DNA of 64,000 nucleotides from Eledone cirrhosa. Taxonomy: Eukaryota. Every line of letters begins with the position of its first letter. Positions within the stretch are counted from its first letter, which is position 1. The notes below the pieces were generated by a model that ran no database searches, was not told where the DNA came from, and saw nothing but the letters and a program-made list of their open reading frames with translations. Both the position numbers and the translations under genes were made by a program. Location: NCBI GenBank assembly GCA_964016885.1, contig OZ024740.1:132618001-132682000 (forward strand), read 5' to 3'. Shown one piece after another: positions 60,828-64,000 of this stretch.

Positions 60828-62009
60828 ACGTGTGAGTCATTTTATTGTTCTCTTATACTATTATCATAGAACATTGAACTCTTATGAGCTTTAATACCTA
60901 ATGAAATATTTTAGTAGCAGCATAAAATAAAGTACTACTGCATACATTTATCTACGCATCAAATTTCATGCGGCATTACTTAAACTACTAGAAATATGAG
61001 TAACAGTATTATTTAAATTACTAGAAATATGAGCCATATGTCCCTCAAACCACAGACATTCTGTATTTTTGCGTGCGTATAGCACATATTCTCAATTTTA
61101 GTGTGGAAGTATCTGCATATGAATATGGATATATACGAATATGGATGTATACGAACATGTTATATTCTGCCTTTATTTTAATTTTAGGGAAAAGAATACG
61201 AGATGAACAAGTATTTCATTTTCTTGATCGCTTAATCTGCTGTAAAAGTTTATCATTTGCCTTTTTTCCGCGTTTAAAGTGGGTGCCATCCTAGGATCCC
61301 CCCCCTCTTTTACTATCGAGTGGGGTTTTTTTTCTTGTCAATGATGCCCATTGTGTTTCAGGTTATTTTATAATTTGTGTGTTTCATTCCTATATTTTAT
61401 ACTTAGTATAAATGTTTTTCTCTGTGATATTGGACTCTAACTTTGTTTTTCCTCTGTGTAGAATAGTGAATTATTCAATTGTATGCTGTTGTACTCATAT
61501 TAATTTTCCATGGTTGTAAGCATTCGGCAAATATTGAATATCATTATCAGATGAGTTACAAACGTTCGGTATGCCGTGATTATTTTCCTGAGTTTCTTGG
61601 GTATTTCCTAATATATGGCTAGGGTAAATATTTTCATCTCAATGACTTTTGAGTTACTCTAGTTGTTATACTTGGGTAGGTTGTATATTCGTAATAATTC
61701 GATTTATATTCGTAATAATTCGATTTATCTTCACTAGTACACAAGCTCAATGTTATAATCAGCTGTCACTAATGCCTGGTCTGTACAGTAACACCTTTTT
61801 AGAGAAACACATTCATTTCCTGGTAAAGTGTTAGCATTTTTCCAGGTAAGCAACTTTTTTTTGCTTTGGAACATTTAGTATTATATTTTCCCTGTATTAA
61901 CTAGGCGGCGAGTGTAGATTGGTACCAAACATGTATATATATAAATATATATATACAAATAAAATACAGAGTTACTAACTCATATTGATACCCTGGAATT
62001 AACAAGCTT

Positions 62010-62100
62010 AAAGTTGCTTTCATCCTTACGGGGTCAATAAAATAAAGTACCAGTAATGCACTGGGTAATTGCTGGCCTTGTGCCTAAAGTAGAAACAATT
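62010..62100 (+). mobile_element. 5'-truncated SINE
   Basis: Core and tail only. Confidence 0.8.
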
Positions 62101-62246
62101 ATATAATAATATATGTAGAAATAAACACAGTAAAGTGTGTGTCTAAAATTATGAGGGTTGAAATACCACATTGGTTTAATAAATTTAACATGAGGCAAAC
62201 GGAAAATATAGAATAGATATACATACCGTCTCAATAACTATTTCAA

Positions 62247-62331
62247 CTCTCTGACAGATTAGAGATTTAATCTGTTTCGCACAGAAAATTGTGTTTCTAA
62301 GAGAAAATCCGTAGGCATTCTTCAGCGAGAG
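62247..62331 (-). ncRNA. Near-intact full type I hammerhead ribozyme
   Basis: CTCTCg-CTGAAGA-atGC..ACGGA...TCTGT-GC-GAA-ACAGATTA-aatctc-TAATCTGT-C|aGAGAG: 8-bp stem III and GUC triplet. Confidence 0.85.
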
Positions 62332-62593
62332 ATAAGATCAACAGCAACAAACACATACAACTAAAAGCCACACCCGTGAATATCCCACCTCGTGCGATGG
62401 ACGTTAGAAGTGATTTGAGTGGATATGCTAAAGACAATAGGCTTAATACACCCAACTTATAAGCTCACCCAGTTAGGGAGCCGAAATACAAATAAAATAC
62501 AGAATTACTAACTCATATTGTAATTAACAAGCTCAAATTATAAATAACCCTCGTATTTCTAGACACGCAATTTACTGTTTATTTCTCTCTATA

Positions 62594-62624
<31 letters not shown>

Positions 62625-62627
62625 CTT

Positions 62628-62695
<68 letters not shown>

Positions 62696-62830
62696 GGAGA
62701 CGCAGCATACGTATAGAACGGACATGGCTTCGCGCAAATATATATATATATATTTCGTTTCTGAATTTGTTTAGCAAGATTCTTTATCTGGCAACGTGTG
62801 TTTATTGGCAACATAACCCTCCCAAAGTAT

Positions 62831-62872
<42 letters not shown>

Positions 62873-62896
62873 ATATATATATATATATATATATAT

Positions 62897-64000
62897 GAAT
62901 AACGTTAGTCCTTCATCAGTGATCTTCCAACCATCATTGGTATTTCATCGCTTTAAAGACAATATAACTCCGGTTGGTGCGAGCAACGGCTAAAAAAAGT
63001 CGTTGGGACACGTGAATAAAGGGAACACGAGTGTAAACAAACATAAATGGTGAAGCAACGAAAAATGAGGAAGAAGGAGTCAAGTCCCAAATTTCTATGA
63101 ATTTAAATTCGGTGAAATAGTAAACGAGAGAGAATAAAGAGCATCAAACCTGGTTGGAATGTAAGCAAGGAAGGAATTCCGTACAGGTCTAACGGGGGGA
63201 AGAAGGAATCTAGTCTGTGATTACGGTGAACGTAAGTTCTGTGAAATCGTAGACGAGAGAGAGAAAAAAAGCGACCTGCCAGACCAAGGTTGCGAAAGAA
63301 AAGAATTACGCACGGGTCAAACGGCAAGAAGGAGGAGGAGGAGAGGTAGTAAGAGAGAATGAGTGAGTGAAGGGTGAGGAAGCGGCTAACAGAGAGAGTG
63401 AATGCTAGAGAGGGTAAGGATACAGAGAAAGAGGAAGCAGTAAGAACAAAATAGAAGTGTAACAGCGGGGAAAAAAATATGTGTAAATATGAGAAAAACG
63501 TGCTGCGGGTTTAGTAATGGATTACATATTAAGAAAGTTAGTCCTTCATCAGTGATCTTCCAATCATCATTGGTATTTCATCGCTTTAAAGAACATATAC
63601 CTCCGGTTGGTGCAAGCAACAGCTAAATAAAGTCGTTGGGACACGTAAATAAAGGGAACACGAGTGTAAACAAACAAAAATGGTGAAGCAACGAAAAGTG
63701 AAGAAGAAGGAGTCAAGTCCCAAATTTCTATGAATTTAAATTCGGTGAAATCGTGAACGAGAGAGAATAAAGACCATCAAACCTGGTTGGAATGTAAGCA
63801 AGGAAGGAATTCCGTACAGGTCTAACGGGAGGAAGAAGGGATCTAGTCTGTGATTTCGGTGAACGTAAGTTCTGTGAAATCATAGACGAGAGAGAGAAAA
63901 AAAGCGATCTGCCAGACCAAGGGTGCGACAGAAAAGTATTACGCACAGGTCAAACGGGAAGAAAAAGGAGGAGGAGCGGTAGTAACAGAGAATGAGTGAG
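62897..64000 (-). repeat. Tandem array (~633-bp unit, subfamily B) of the structured element; starts in (TA)n and runs off the window end
   Basis: GTCCTTCATCAGTGA at 62908 and 63541; collinear with, but clearly diverged from, the 1-4326 unit. Confidence 0.93.

Overview
AT-rich eukaryotic, repeat-dominated DNA, probably from an octopod cephalopod (inferred from recalled similarity of the abundant tRNA-derived SINE). No intact host gene is evident, and most listed ORFs are (TA)n/(CA)n read-through artefacts. Recognisable parts: a near-intact 4.9-kb CR1/L2-group LINE (one in-frame TAG), two decayed Naiad-type Penelope-like elements (PLEs), R4/Dong, RTE and L1/Tx1 remnants, a non-autonomous Helitron, about 15 SINE copies, many fold-back insertions in (TA)n, and about 10 intact or decayed type I hammerhead ribozyme (HHR) motifs. 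The most striking feature is a non-coding ~630-bp tandem element in three divergent versions (1-5597, 33165-33580, 62897-64000). Each carries the complete hammerhead catalytic core with covarying stems I and III, but the three junction strands are in a non-canonical order. It is a candidate retrozyme-like family with a permuted or split hammerhead; activity is untested and stem II is nearly absent.
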